64,000 bases of DNA from Bacteroidota bacterium (lineage in GTDB: Bacteria > Bacteroidota > Bacteroidia > Chitinophagales > Chitinophagaceae). Under the pieces are notes generated by a model. The model was given only the letters and a program-made list of their open reading frames with translations. It was not told the DNA's origin and made no database searches. The stretch is from contig JAFDYC010000037.1 in NCBI GenBank assembly GCA_018267625.1, positions 21,736 to 85,735 of the forward strand, given 5' to 3'. The position numbers and the translations under genes are program-made. This document shows positions 25,758 through 35,638 of this stretch, one piece after another; position 1 is the first letter of the stretch; each line of letters begins with the position of its first letter.

Positions 25758-27656
25758 ATGGCAAAAATTATCGGTATAGACCTCGGCACCACCAACTCGT
25801 GTGTGGCTGTCATGGAAGGCAATGAACCGGTCGTCATCGCAAACGATGAAGGCCGTCGCACCACCCCGTCCATCGTGGCATTCCTGAAAAACGGAGAACG
25901 TAAAGTGGGAGATCCTGCCAAGCGCCAGGCAATCACCAACCCCACCAACACCATTATGTCCATCAAGCGCTACATGGGCCGGCGCTTCGATGAAGTGGGC
26001 GAGGAAATCAAACACAACAGCTATCAAATTGTCAAGGGCGACAACAACACCGTCAGGGTGGACATCGAAGGCCGCCCTTACACTCCTCAGGAAATCTCGG
26101 CTATGATTCTTCAAAAAATGAAGAAAACAGCAGAAGACTTCCTGGGTCATGAAGTGAAAGAAGCCGTCATCACCGTGCCGGCCTACTTCAACGATGCCCA
26201 GCGCCAGGCCACCAAAGAAGCCGGAGAAATTGCCGGCCTCAGCGTGCGCCGTATCATCAACGAACCTACCGCGGCAGCGCTGGCCTATGGATTAGATAAG
26301 CAACACGCAGACTCCAAGATCGCCGTCTTCGACCTCGGTGGTGGCACCTTCGATATCTCCATCCTCGAACTCGGCGATGGTGTTTTTGAAGTGAAATCCA
26401 CCAACGGCGACACCCACCTCGGTGGCGATGACTTTGACAAGGTGATCATGGATTGGCTGGCCGACGAATTCAAAAAGGATGAAGCCATTGACCTGCACAA
26501 AGACCCCATGGCCTGGCAGCGCCTCAAAGAAGCTTCGGAAAAGGCTAAGATTGAACTCTCCTCTTCCCAGGAAACAGAAATCAACCTGCCCTACATCACT
26601 GCGGTGGATGGTGTGCCCAAGCACCTCGTTCGCAAACTCAGCCGTGCCAGGTTCGAACAGCTTTCCGACCGCCTCGTCGAACGCACGCTCGAGCCTTGCC
26701 GCAAAGCCCTGAAGGATGCCGGTATGAGCACCTCAGACATTGACGAAGTGATCCTCGTCGGAGGCTCCATCCGCATTCCGAAAATCCAGGAAGTGGTCGA
26801 GAAATTCTTTGGTAAGAAGCCTAACAAGGGCGTGAACCCCGACGAAGTAGTAGCAGTTGGTGCTGCCATCCAGGGCGGTGTGCTCACCGGCGATGTCAAG
26901 GATGTGCTGCTGCTGGACGTCACCCCACTTTCCCTCGGCATCGAAACTATGGGCGGCGTGATGACCAAACTCATCGAAGCCAACACCACTATCCCCACTA
27001 AGAAAGCAGAAGTTTTCTCCACCGCAGCCGACAACCAGCCCAGCGTGGACCTCGTGGTGCTGCAAGGCGAGCGCCCCATGGCTAAAGACAACAAGAGCCT
27101 CGGCCGGTTTAACCTCGACGGCATCCCACCCGCACCCCGCGGCGTACCCCAAATAGAAGTCACATTCGACATTGACGCCAACGGCATCCTGAATGTGACC
27201 GCAAAAGACAAGGGCACCGGCAAGCAACAAAACATCCGCATCGAAGCCGGCTCCGGCTTGTCGAAAGACGAAATCGAGCGAATGAAAAATGAAGCAAAAG
27301 CCAATGAAGAAGCCGACAAGCAAGTGCGCGAGCGCGTCGAAAAGCTCAACATGGCCGACAGCCTCATCTTCAATTCTGAAAAGCAATTAAAGGAATATGG
27401 CGATAAGATTCCGGCTACTGAAAAGGGCAATATCGAGTCGGCTCTGAGCGAGCTGCGTGAGGCCCACAAAAGCGAAAACCTGAGCGGCATGGATGCGGCT
27501 ATGGAAAAACTCAACACGGCATGGCAGGCAGCCAGCCAACACATGTATCAGGCTGGTGGCGAGGCTCCCGGTGCTACCGACAACAGCCAGCAAGGTCAGC
27601 CCGCTGGCGACAACGAAGGCGGCGTTGCCGATGCTGAATATGAAGAAGTGAAGTAG
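25758..27656 (+). CDS. dnaK: Molecular chaperone DnaK (Hsp70)
   Basis: [29 protein letters not shown] and [14 protein letters not shown]. 632 aa. Confidence 0.97.
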   Translation: MAKIIGIDLGTTNSCVAVMEGNEPVVIANDEGRRTTPSIVAFLKNGERKVGDPAKRQAITNPTNTIMSIKRYMGRRFDEVGEEIKHNSYQIVKGDNNTVRVDIEGRPYTPQEISAMILQKMKKTAEDFLGHEVKEAVITVPAYFNDAQRQATKEAGEIAGLSVRRIINEPTAAALAYGLDKQHADSKIAVFDLGGGTFDISILELGDGVFEVKSTNGDTHLGGDDFDKVIMDWLADEFKKDEAIDLHKDPMAWQRLKEASEKAKIELSSSQETEINLPYITAVDGVPKHLVRKLSRARFEQLSDRLVERTLEPCRKALKDAGMSTSDIDEVILVGGSIRIPKIQEVVEKFFGKKPNKGVNPDEVVAVGAAIQGGVLTGDVKDVLLLDVTPLSLGIETMGGVMTKLIEANTTIPTKKAEVFSTAADNQPSVDLVVLQGERPMAKDNKSLGRFNLDGIPPAPRGVPQIEVTFDIDANGILNVTAKDKGTGKQQNIRIEAGSGLSKDEIERMKNEAKANEEADKQVRERVEKLNMADSLIFNSEKQLKEYGDKIPATEKGNIESALSELREAHKSENLSGMDAAMEKLNTAWQAASQHMYQAGGEAPGATDNSQQGQPAGDNEGGVADAEYEEVK

Positions 27657-27675
27657 CCACAAGCCAAACTTCAAC

Positions 27676-27712
27676 ATGGCCCCGTTTTCAAAGAATGGGG
27701 CCATATTTTTTT
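27676..27712 (+). terminator. Intrinsic terminator of dnaK
   Basis: atggcccc (27676-27683) / ggggccat (27697-27704) 8-bp stem, then ATTTTTTT. Confidence 0.8.
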
Positions 27713-27983
27713 GAGCTGGCTGAAACGGATACCGGGCTATTTGCTACAGCCGGCTCAAATAAAGTATCCTAAGGATGCCTACAATGGCTCTAAGAGTTGC
27801 GGATGTTTAGCAGGAAATTCTCTAAAGAGGGTAGGATGAGCCTAGTATCTTCGCGCCGAAATTTTTTTCCCCTTTTTCAAAACATTCAGGACTTTCTGAA
27901 GCCAGCGCATCCGTTACGCTGCGCCTTTCTGTACCAGATGTTGCGGATGCAGGGACAACACTAAAGGCAATTAGCACCACGGA

Positions 27984-28778
27984 ATGTTTATCCTGATTTT
28001 TTTCGGCTCCATCTGGTATCTGTCTCTGTTTTTCCAATCTTTTTTTCAGCATCGTTATGCGGCCCATGGCGCCTTTGAAATGAGTAAGGGCTGGGAGCGG
28101 GTGTTCTATGTGTGTGCCTACATCGCGCAGGGCTCTTCATACATGAACCCCCGGGCCTATGCCATCATGCACCGGTACCACCATGCCTACACCGACACCG
28201 AGCTGGACCCACATTCTCCCAATTATTCCTCCAATGTTTTTTCGATGATGTGGCGCACCCGGGCATATTACCGTAAGGTGATTCAGAACCGTATGGATGT
28301 TGAGCCCCGCTTTGCCAAAAACCTGCCTTCATGGCCTGCGTTTGACCGCTGGGCGGACACGGATTTCTCAGTTGCTCTCTGGGTGCTGGGTTATGTGTTG
28401 GTCTTTTTCTTTTTCGCTACCAGCCCCTGGCTGTGGCTCTTGCTGCCGGTAGTAATTACGATGGGCGGCTTTCATGGTGCGGTCATTAACTGGTTTGCCC
28501 ATAAGTATGGCTATATCAATTTCAGGCTGAAGAATCTGTCGCGGAATTTGTTTTCTATAGACCTGCTGATGCTGGGTGAATCGTATCACAACAACCACCA
28601 CAAGTATCCCTCTGCCATCAACTTTGGCCGCCGCTGGCATGAACTGGATCCCATCTACCCGGTTATCCGGCTGCTGGCCTGGATGCGCGTTATTCGCTTG
28701 CCTAAAAAAGCCCCAATACCGGCTGTGGCACCGCAAATGAAGCGGAAGGTTTCGGAGCCGGAATTTTGCGAAGCCTGA
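27984..28778 (+). CDS. Membrane fatty-acid (acyl-lipid/acyl-CoA) desaturase
   Basis: Three His boxes: HRYAAH, HRYHHAYTD and HNNHHKYP. Confidence 0.85.
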   Translation: MFILIFFGSIWYLSLFFQSFFQHRYAAHGAFEMSKGWERVFYVCAYIAQGSSYMNPRAYAIMHRYHHAYTDTELDPHSPNYSSNVFSMMWRTRAYYRKVIQNRMDVEPRFAKNLPSWPAFDRWADTDFSVALWVLGYVLVFFFFATSPWLWLLLPVVITMGGFHGAVINWFAHKYGYINFRLKNLSRNLFSIDLLMLGESYHNNHHKYPSAINFGRRWHELDPIYPVIRLLAWMRVIRLPKKAPIPAVAPQMKRKVSEPEFCEA

Positions 28779-28866
28779 GCCGGTCTTTCTTCACGGGCTT
28801 CAGGAATGCATTCCTAAAATAATATCGAAATTGTCGTTCGGCTTTTCCACCGAAACAGACGATTTT

Positions 28867-31101
28867 ATGAAGCTATTTTTCTACCTGCTGGCTGCCCTCG
28901 TTTTGTCTGGGTTCGCTGCCATCGCCCAACCCCATCTCTCCCCACGGACGAAAATATATCTGCAGGAGGCTGCCCGCTATGAAGGGGGAATCATGCCCGG
29001 GTATGTGTACAAGAGCATAGCCGGACAACGCTACCTGAGTGCTTTAATCCAGGTGCAGCCGGGTTTCTCCGATGAGCCGTTGAAATCACTGGGTGTACTC
29101 ATTGGCACGAAGGCGGGTCGGGTGTGGACGGCCCAGATTCCTCTGGCAAGCTTACCGCAGTTTATAAAAACATCCGGAATCGGCTACATCCAGCTTGACC
29201 AGCCGGTACAGGTTTCTTTAGACAGTGCACGGCACTATAGCCATGTGGATTCGGTGCAGCAGGGCCTGGGCCTGAGCCAGTCCTTTTTAGGAAAAGGAGT
29301 GGTGGTAGGCATCATTGATGCAGGCTTTGATTACAGCAGCCCGGCACTCTGGGACACGGGCGGGCATTACTATCGGGTGAAACGGGTGTGGGCACAGAAA
29401 GACCAATCCGCTACTGCGCCCATAGGCTTCTTTTATGGCAGTGAATATGCAGACAGCACCGCGCTGATGACTGCCGGAACGGACAAGGCAGATATGTCAC
29501 ACGGCACGCATGTCACAGGTATTGCTGCCGGTTCCGGATTTGGTAGCAGCGCCAGTAATAACCGGCAATTCCGGGGCATTGCGCCCCTTAGTGACATCGT
29601 GCTGGTGGGCATTATGCCGGCGCAGCAACAATGGATAAACAGCGGCGGTAGCGATGTGATTGACGGCATGTCTTACATTTTCCACTATGCGGCTTCAGTG
29701 GGGAAACCCTGTGTCATCAACCTGAGCTGGGGCACCAGCCTGGGTGCGCACGATGGCTCTTCTTTGTTCAGTGAAGCAGTGGAATCATTATGTGGACCGG
29801 GGAAGCTGTTTGTGAATTCAGCAGGTAATGCAGGTGCCGTTAAGGGCCATGTGCAAAAGGGCTTCAGCCCAACAGACACCTTGCTGAACACCTTCGTCAC
29901 CTACAATGCTTCGGTGAAGAAAACCTGGGTGGACATCTGGGGCGATTCTTCTAAATATTTCCGTGTCGGCCTGCGCCTCTATCAGGGGAATACCGCCGGA
30001 GATTCTACTGGTTTCGTCCCATACGATGGCTCATTGCGCAGCTTCACACTGGTAGGTTCCGATGGCGACACCTGCTTCATTTCAATCGTGGCAGACAGCA
30101 TCGAATACAATGGCAAGCCCCGTGCTTTCATCAGCGTATTCAGCAACACGAGCGATAGCATTTGTGTGCAGGTGCTGGCAAAAAAAGGAGGCACTGTGAA
30201 CTTGTGGAATCGCTATGTAGATGCGCCCACGGGCTATGAAGAACCTTTTACCAATGGCGGTAAAAGTTGGGCTGTGGGGGGCGACACCCTTCAGTCAATT
30301 TCCGACAATGCATCCGGCCCCAGCGTCATCACGGTAGGTGCCTACGCCACCAAGACGTCATGGCGCACACAAGGCGGAGCCGTTTATGGCTATACCTCCA
30401 ACACACCATTAGGTGCCATTGCTCCTTTCTCCAGCACCGGCCCAACATCAGACAGCCGCATCAAGCCGGACATTACTGGCCCGGGCTATGGAGTTGTTTC
30501 TTCCGTCAATTCCTACGACCCTGCATTTAATCCGGGCGGGAGCAGCTACAATTCTTCTGTAGTGTCCAGTTACCTCAATCCCGCAAATGGCCGCACCTAT
30601 CGTTATGCTATTCTTGCGGGCACCTCTATGTCTGGCCCAGTGGTGGCAGGTGTGGTAGCTCTTTTGCTGGAAGCCAATCCCAGCCTCAATCCGGCGCAGG
30701 CAATCAATGTGCTGAAGCAAACGGCAATCGTGGATGCTTTCACCGGTACTGTGCCCAACAATACCTGGGGTGGCGGGAAAGTGAATGCTTATGCGGCTTT
30801 AAAACTTGTGTTGCAACAAAACAGTGTGGCCCCGGTTTCCGCAAAGACGCTGCCAGCAGGGATTTATCCTAATCCGGGTGATGGCCAATTTCAAATAAGC
30901 CTGATGCTCGATGCCCCAACCCAGATTCGCTTAGAAATTTTTGAGCTCAGTGGCCGCAGGGTTCATTCAGAAAACTGGCAGGCTGAAGCAGGGTTCAGTA
31001 CACATGCTTTAACGTTGAATCATGTGGCAGCAGGCGTTTATATCGCGCTTCTCAGTAGTTCTTCGGGCAGCAGCAGCAGCCTGCGTTTTGTCCTGAAATG
31101 A
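28867..31101 (+). CDS. S8 (subtilisin-family) serine peptidase with a T9SS type A C-terminal sorting domain
   Basis: Asp GIIDAGFD, His HGTHVTGIAAG, Ser GTSMSGPVVAG. C-terminal IYPNPGDGQFQISL...GVYIALL...LRFVLK. The ATG at 28867 gives the signal peptide MKLFFYLLAALVLSGFAAIAQ; the track start at 28831 is a TTG. Confidence 0.85.
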   Translation: MKLFFYLLAALVLSGFAAIAQPHLSPRTKIYLQEAARYEGGIMPGYVYKSIAGQRYLSALIQVQPGFSDEPLKSLGVLIGTKAGRVWTAQIPLASLPQFIKTSGIGYIQLDQPVQVSLDSARHYSHVDSVQQGLGLSQSFLGKGVVVGIIDAGFDYSSPALWDTGGHYYRVKRVWAQKDQSATAPIGFFYGSEYADSTALMTAGTDKADMSHGTHVTGIAAGSGFGSSASNNRQFRGIAPLSDIVLVGIMPAQQQWINSGGSDVIDGMSYIFHYAASVGKPCVINLSWGTSLGAHDGSSLFSEAVESLCGPGKLFVNSAGNAGAVKGHVQKGFSPTDTLLNTFVTYNASVKKTWVDIWGDSSKYFRVGLRLYQGNTAGDSTGFVPYDGSLRSFTLVGSDGDTCFISIVADSIEYNGKPRAFISVFSNTSDSICVQVLAKKGGTVNLWNRYVDAPTGYEEPFTNGGKSWAVGGDTLQSISDNASGPSVITVGAYATKTSWRTQGGAVYGYTSNTPLGAIAPFSSTGPTSDSRIKPDITGPGYGVVSSVNSYDPAFNPGGSSYNSSVVSSYLNPANGRTYRYAILAGTSMSGPVVAGVVALLLEANPSLNPAQAINVLKQTAIVDAFTGTVPNNTWGGGKVNAYAALKLVLQQNSVAPVSAKTLPAGIYPNPGDGQFQISLMLDAPTQIRLEIFELSGRRVHSENWQAEAGFSTHALTLNHVAAGVYIALLSSSSGSSSSLRFVLK

Positions 31102-31188
31102 ACAATCAATGAAATCTCAGGAATTGGGTCAAGGGTATTTCAGAGCAATCCCTGTTCGGGAATTTTCTTAATAAAATACTCGAGAGCC

Positions 31189-32583
31189 CTACAGTGATTT
31201 CAGAAAACGAAGAACAGCATCACGGTCTGATCGGCTGAGCTGCATGAATAATTCCTTCGAATGCTGTGCTTCGCCACCATGCCATAGAATGGCTTCTTCC
31301 AGGCTGCGGGCGCGCCCGTCGTGCAGGTAATAAGGGGTTCCGTTCACCTTTTCAAACAGTCCGATTCCCCAGAGTGGAGCTGTGCGCCATTCATTGCCGT
31401 TGGCCAGGAAATCGGGGCGGTTGTCGGCCAGGCCACTGCCCATATCGTGCAGCAGCAAATCCGTGTATGGATGAATACGCTGATTCGAAAGCCAGGGGAA
31501 ACGCACATCAATGCCCGTCTGTAAAGTAGGTTGGTGGCAGCGGCCACATTCGATTTGGGCAAAGAGCTGTTGCCCATGCATCACTTCTGGGTCGCGGGTA
31601 TCGCGTCGTGCCGGCACAGCCAGGGTCTTCACATAAAAAGCTACTGCCTGAAGCAGGGTGTCGGCGAGGTCAGTATGTGCGCTGGGAGTGGGTGCCTGAG
31701 GTTGCCCGAAAGAGCTTTCGACAGGGAAAATTTTATTTGTAATGCCCATGTCCTGATTGTAGGCGCCGGCCACCTGAGTGAGTATGCTCGGCATGTTTGC
31801 CTTCAGGCCAAAACGGCCAATGGCTGTTCGTTGATGCTCGGCATCCCACACATAATTCACTTTGCCGCTGATGCCATCGCCATCGGCATCATTCGGGTCG
31901 GCCATGCTGAGCAGGGTTTGTTCGGGGATCAGTTCCAGCAGCCCCAATCCGAATACAGGAGGCGCCATGCGGGGCGAGAGAGCAAAGCCTGCCGCCATGG
32001 GGGCATAGGCCTGTGTCAGGGTGTACGTGGGAACCCGCAGGGAGGCACTGGAGCCATCGGGATATTGCACCCGTTGCTCGGTATAGTTGATACTCACTTT
32101 GCCTTCAGGCAGGGTGCCTTGCACGGCCTGGTCCTGAAGTTGCCCGCCATATCCCGGCAGACCCATCGGGCCGCCAAATTCATCATGACCATTTTCTGAA
32201 AGCCGAAACAAAAGCGATGAATTGGCAAAGCCTGCTGTTGGGATTCCTTTACCATCGTTATGGTGGCAAGAGATGCAGGAGACGTTGTTGAAAATTGGGC
32301 CGAGGCCGCCATGCAAAGGTGCCGGCGCTGCCACGAAGCTTTGTTCAAAACCCGCATCACCCAGGTCGTGAACGTAGCGGTCGTGGCCGGCAAGTGCGGG
32401 AATCGGATGCGTGAAGGCGCGGGAAGAAGCATCGAAAATGGTGGCGGCTCCTCCGCTCAGTCGTTCATCAAATTCATCCTCCGGAAATTGTTGTGCCTTG
32501 TGGCACTGACTAAATAGGAATAGCCCGCCGCCCATTAGGGCCAGGAGCATCGTTTTCCGGGAGTGTCGCAGCAGCTTCTTCAT
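31189..32583 (-). CDS. Di-heme c-type oxidoreductase/peroxidase-like protein (DUF1111 family)
   Basis: Two CxxCH motifs (CISCHH and CGRCHQ) and a signal peptide. This is the usual partner of imelysin genes. Confidence 0.8.
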   Translation of the reverse strand: MKKLLRHSRKTMLLALMGGGLFLFSQCHKAQQFPEDEFDERLSGGAATIFDASSRAFTHPIPALAGHDRYVHDLGDAGFEQSFVAAPAPLHGGLGPIFNNVSCISCHHNDGKGIPTAGFANSSLLFRLSENGHDEFGGPMGLPGYGGQLQDQAVQGTLPEGKVSINYTEQRVQYPDGSSASLRVPTYTLTQAYAPMAAGFALSPRMAPPVFGLGLLELIPEQTLLSMADPNDADGDGISGKVNYVWDAEHQRTAIGRFGLKANMPSILTQVAGAYNQDMGITNKIFPVESSFGQPQAPTPSAHTDLADTLLQAVAFYVKTLAVPARRDTRDPEVMHGQQLFAQIECGRCHQPTLQTGIDVRFPWLSNQRIHPYTDLLLHDMGSGLADNRPDFLANGNEWRTAPLWGIGLFEKVNGTPYYLHDGRARSLEEAILWHGGEAQHSKELFMQLSRSDRDAVLRFLKSL

Positions 32584-32648
32584 TCTTTTTCAAACGAGGT
32601 AAGCGTGGATGTCTGAAACTTATCGGGCATCCACGTGAGGAACCCAGC

Positions 32649-33713
32649 TTAGTCTTTTATGGTTTGAATCAAATAAGGTTTCAGTTCTTCTTCCAGTGTC
32701 TTTTTCAAGCTGGCTAAAGCTGCCTGCGTCTGCAGGATTTGAGGCTTTTGGTCGAAGATGGCTTGCTCGAAAGGATGTGTGATATTGTCGAAAGAGTTGA
32801 TTGCAGCAGTGATTTGGGATTGGATTTTATTGTCTAAAGCCACATTACCCAAAGCGACGAGGTCGTTCATTCCGGGGCCGTTTGTTTCGTAGCGGCCGAG
32901 ATAGACGTTTTGCAAGCCGATGATGTTGTTCTTGAAATCAGCTACGGAGTTTCCGCTGTAGGGAGATTCCACTTTCTGCGGGTCCTGCTGCACGAAAGGT
33001 TCTTCCATTTTGCCTTCGCCCACTTCTTCGCAAATGTCAATCAGGCCATCTGTCAGGGCTAAAAAGACTTCGTTTCGGGAGTGATACTTACTGTTGGCGC
33101 TGCCGGCATTGATGATTTGTGCACCATAGTTGCCGTCACTGAGCGACCAGGAAGCAGCCAGGTTGTTGCAATTATTCAGCAGGTCATCGCTGAGGCTGCT
33201 TAGGTATTCCAATTGACGGCTCGTGAGATCTGCTGCTTTACGGCTGGCATTCCTGCCGAAGATGATATACTCCACCGGGTGGAAGCCTCTTAGAGAAAGA
33301 GTGATGTTTTGAATGGCTTGCAGATTGAGTGTTGAACTGCTGGCCAGCAGAGAATCCATCTGGGTATAGTCTGTTGGCCAGGTATCCATGTACGGGTCGT
33401 AGTTATCATCTTCTACAGGCCCGAAGAGGAAGCCCTCGCATTGTTCCCAAACGGAGCGCATGCTTTTCCAGGCACTGCGGGCAGCACTCAGGTTGTCGTC
33501 TGTTTTGTTGCTTTCTAATGCGGCAATGGATGCATGTAATGCCTGGGCTTTTACGGCTAAATCGTTGTACTGCGCCCGGGCTACCTGGTCGGTAAAATGG
33601 CTGAGTACTGTTGCCTCCGTTGTTTGCTGATCGGGAAGATTGTTGTTGTCATTTTTCTTGCAGGCTCCAATCAGGAGGAGGGTAGCAAGGGGCAGAATGG
33701 CGAAGCGCTTCAT
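32649..33713 (-). CDS. Imelysin-family lipoprotein (IrpA/EfeO-M75-like)
   Basis: Lipobox LLIGAC and the imelysin GxHxxE motif RGFHPVEYIIFG. Confidence 0.8.
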   Translation of the reverse strand: MKRFAILPLATLLLIGACKKNDNNNLPDQQTTEATVLSHFTDQVARAQYNDLAVKAQALHASIAALESNKTDDNLSAARSAWKSMRSVWEQCEGFLFGPVEDDNYDPYMDTWPTDYTQMDSLLASSSTLNLQAIQNITLSLRGFHPVEYIIFGRNASRKAADLTSRQLEYLSSLSDDLLNNCNNLAASWSLSDGNYGAQIINAGSANSKYHSRNEVFLALTDGLIDICEEVGEGKMEEPFVQQDPQKVESPYSGNSVADFKNNIIGLQNVYLGRYETNGPGMNDLVALGNVALDNKIQSQITAAINSFDNITHPFEQAIFDQKPQILQTQAALASLKKTLEEELKPYLIQTIKD

Positions 33714-33734
33714 GGTTTATTTGTCGTTGGAGGG

Positions 33735-34166
33735 TTAAACGTGGATGAGGATATTCCCGCCCGATAGGGAGCAGGGAAGTTGGGTGAGGGGGACACTGGC
33801 AGGGCCGTTTTGTACCTGTCCGTTTTCATCAAAGCGGGAGCCATGCAGGCTGCAGTAAAAGCCCTTTCCGGATACCGTGAGCGGATTGCTGAAATGCGTG
33901 CAGCGTAACAACAGGGCTTCATATTTACCGGCCTCAATCCGGCGCAAAGCGATGTCATAATCCATGCCTTTACTGCGGATGATGCTGAACTTTCCATCCA
34001 TTACTTCTGCTTCAGGAACCGTGATAATCTTGCCGGCCAGAGGCGCTTTATAAATCTTCAGGGCCGTTCCGGGAGCACAGGACAGCAGCTCGGTCAGGCT
34101 CACCAAACCCGCAGCGCCGAGCAGGCAGCCGGTGCAAGAGAGTTTCAGAAAATCGCTGCGTTTCAT
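33735..34166 (-). CDS. Exported Rieske [2Fe-2S] domain protein
   Basis: CTHFSNPL...CSLHGSRF (CxH...CxxH). The N-terminus MKRSDFLKLSCTGCLLGAAG resembles a KR-variant Tat signal. Confidence 0.8.
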   Translation of the reverse strand: MKRSDFLKLSCTGCLLGAAGLVSLTELLSCAPGTALKIYKAPLAGKIITVPEAEVMDGKFSIIRSKGMDYDIALRRIEAGKYEALLLRCTHFSNPLTVSGKGFYCSLHGSRFDENGQVQNGPASVPLTQLPCSLSGGNILIHV

Positions 34167-34215
34167 TTGAGAAGAACCTGATTTGGAGAAAGGCGACGGG
34201 CCGATGAGTGCTTTA

Positions 34216-35460
34216 TTAAAATGAATATCCGATGCCCAGGTTCAGGAAGGTATTGTCCTGACGGTAGGGCAAGGCATTGGGCGAAGGGTTGATGACCAAC
34301 TCCGGGTTTTGCGGGCCGGTGTGTAAGAGCCGTACATCCGCCTTTATGGCAATATTGGGCAGGGGCATAAAGTTGAAGCCGGCGATGAGGTGGCGTTGGT
34401 TGAGCGTAGGGTCTCCAATACCACGGGGTGCAGCCGGAATTTGGGCTGCCAGGTCTAAGCTTTCATAGCGGGCAAAGGCAATGAGCTGTGTGTGTTTGTT
34501 GTGGCCCTGGCTGTATGAATACAACAGGTCGTAGCCCAGTTCGGCATATGCGCCAAACATTTGTGTAGGCAGGTTTTTGCCGTAGGCAGCATTCACATTG
34601 CCAGCATCGGGATAAGCAATAACGGCCCCGAGTGCTTTGGCCGCAAAAGCTCCATGATGCCATTGCAGATCACCTTCTCCTAAAAAGACAGGAGTACCCA
34701 GTGCCCCGCCATCCAAATGGAGGCTGTCGGCAGCACGAGGATTGATGTCGGTGGTGCCGGCAGCATAGCCGGAAACCTGAAAGCGGAAGTCGCCAGCCAG
34801 GTAAGCAGCCGATGCAGAAAAGGCCAAATCATTGGCAGGTGCCATAAAGCCTTCTGCGCGGCCGCCCCGGATGCCCGTGCCATGTTCCATTCCCGAGTTG
34901 CGCAAGCCATTCATCAGGCCGGCACTCAGTTGGATGCGGTTGAAATTGCCATACCAGGCAACGCCCAGTTCGCGCCAGGTGGCAGGGATGATGACGGTCT
35001 CTACGATAGGCCGCTCTACACCGTTGAAATTTACCGGCAGGTGGTTTTCATTCAATAGCCCGATGCGGGGAATGAACAGGCCCGCCACGATGTATTGCCT
35101 AGGGTTGATATTGTAGCGCAGATAGGCTTGTTCCAGGGAGATTTCCCCGCTGGGTTCGCCGCCCACCACAATGCCGTTCTCTAATTCCAACTCGGAGAAG
35201 AAAGCCCATTTATGATTGAATTGATGGCCGACAAACAGCACCACCCGTTCTAAACTTGCAGTACCTTTTTTAGCATTCACGTCACGCTGGTAGAAAGCGC
35301 TGCCATAGCCCGAAAGGACGGTGCGGGAGGCATCGAGGCCAGCATGCAGCGAATCTTCCCCCGTCTGAACGAGTTTCTGAGCGCTGGTGAGAGTCTGGGA
35401 TTGAGATGCTGACGCAAAGAGCAGGCTCCACGCAGTAAGAAAAAATATAGCTTTTGGCAT
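34216..35460 (-). CDS. Outer-membrane beta-barrel (porin-like)
   Basis: Signal peptide, alternating amphipathic strands, and a terminal aromatic residue (...LNLGIGYSF). Confidence 0.55.
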   Translation of the reverse strand: MPKAIFFLTAWSLLFASASQSQTLTSAQKLVQTGEDSLHAGLDASRTVLSGYGSAFYQRDVNAKKGTASLERVVLFVGHQFNHKWAFFSELELENGIVVGGEPSGEISLEQAYLRYNINPRQYIVAGLFIPRIGLLNENHLPVNFNGVERPIVETVIIPATWRELGVAWYGNFNRIQLSAGLMNGLRNSGMEHGTGIRGGRAEGFMAPANDLAFSASAAYLAGDFRFQVSGYAAGTTDINPRAADSLHLDGGALGTPVFLGEGDLQWHHGAFAAKALGAVIAYPDAGNVNAAYGKNLPTQMFGAYAELGYDLLYSYSQGHNKHTQLIAFARYESLDLAAQIPAAPRGIGDPTLNQRHLIAGFNFMPLPNIAIKADVRLLHTGPQNPELVINPSPNALPYRQDNTFLNLGIGYSF

Positions 35461-35544
35461 GAGGGCCGCAAAGGAAAGGCAGCCTACAGAGCGGGACTAT
35501 CAAAAAAGGGAAAAAGAGAAAGGGGGATAAACGAAGTAGCATTT

Positions 35545-35566
35545 TTGAATTGGAATGCCGATTCAA
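35545..35566. promoter_or_regulatory. Near-perfect 22-bp palindrome in a divergent promoter region (candidate operator)
   Basis: TTGAATTGG-AATG-CCGATTCAA: 9-bp arms with one mismatch. It lies 85 nt upstream of the porin-cluster start (35460) and 73 nt upstream of the ygiD-like start (35639). Confidence 0.3.
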
Positions 35567-35638
35567 TCACTAGCGGTATTGCAATCGGGAATCTTAGTTT
35601 GCGTCAGCCGAAATTTACCGGGCTGAACCTCCGCCTAC

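Noticed and set aside
26591-27544. 317-aa ORF antisense to dnaK, along with other antisense ORFs at 26733-27386 and 25680-26150.
   Set aside because: It lies entirely inside the unambiguous dnaK CDS on the opposite strand. Its composition is low-complexity and rich in Ser, Leu and Arg, which is typical of shadow ORFs opposite highly expressed genes.
32584-32648. 8-bp hairpin cgtggatg...catccacg between the imelysin and di-heme genes, considered as a possible terminator.
   Set aside because: On the minus strand it is not followed by a U-tract. It is more likely an intercistronic stabilising or processing hairpin within one operon, and too weak to call.
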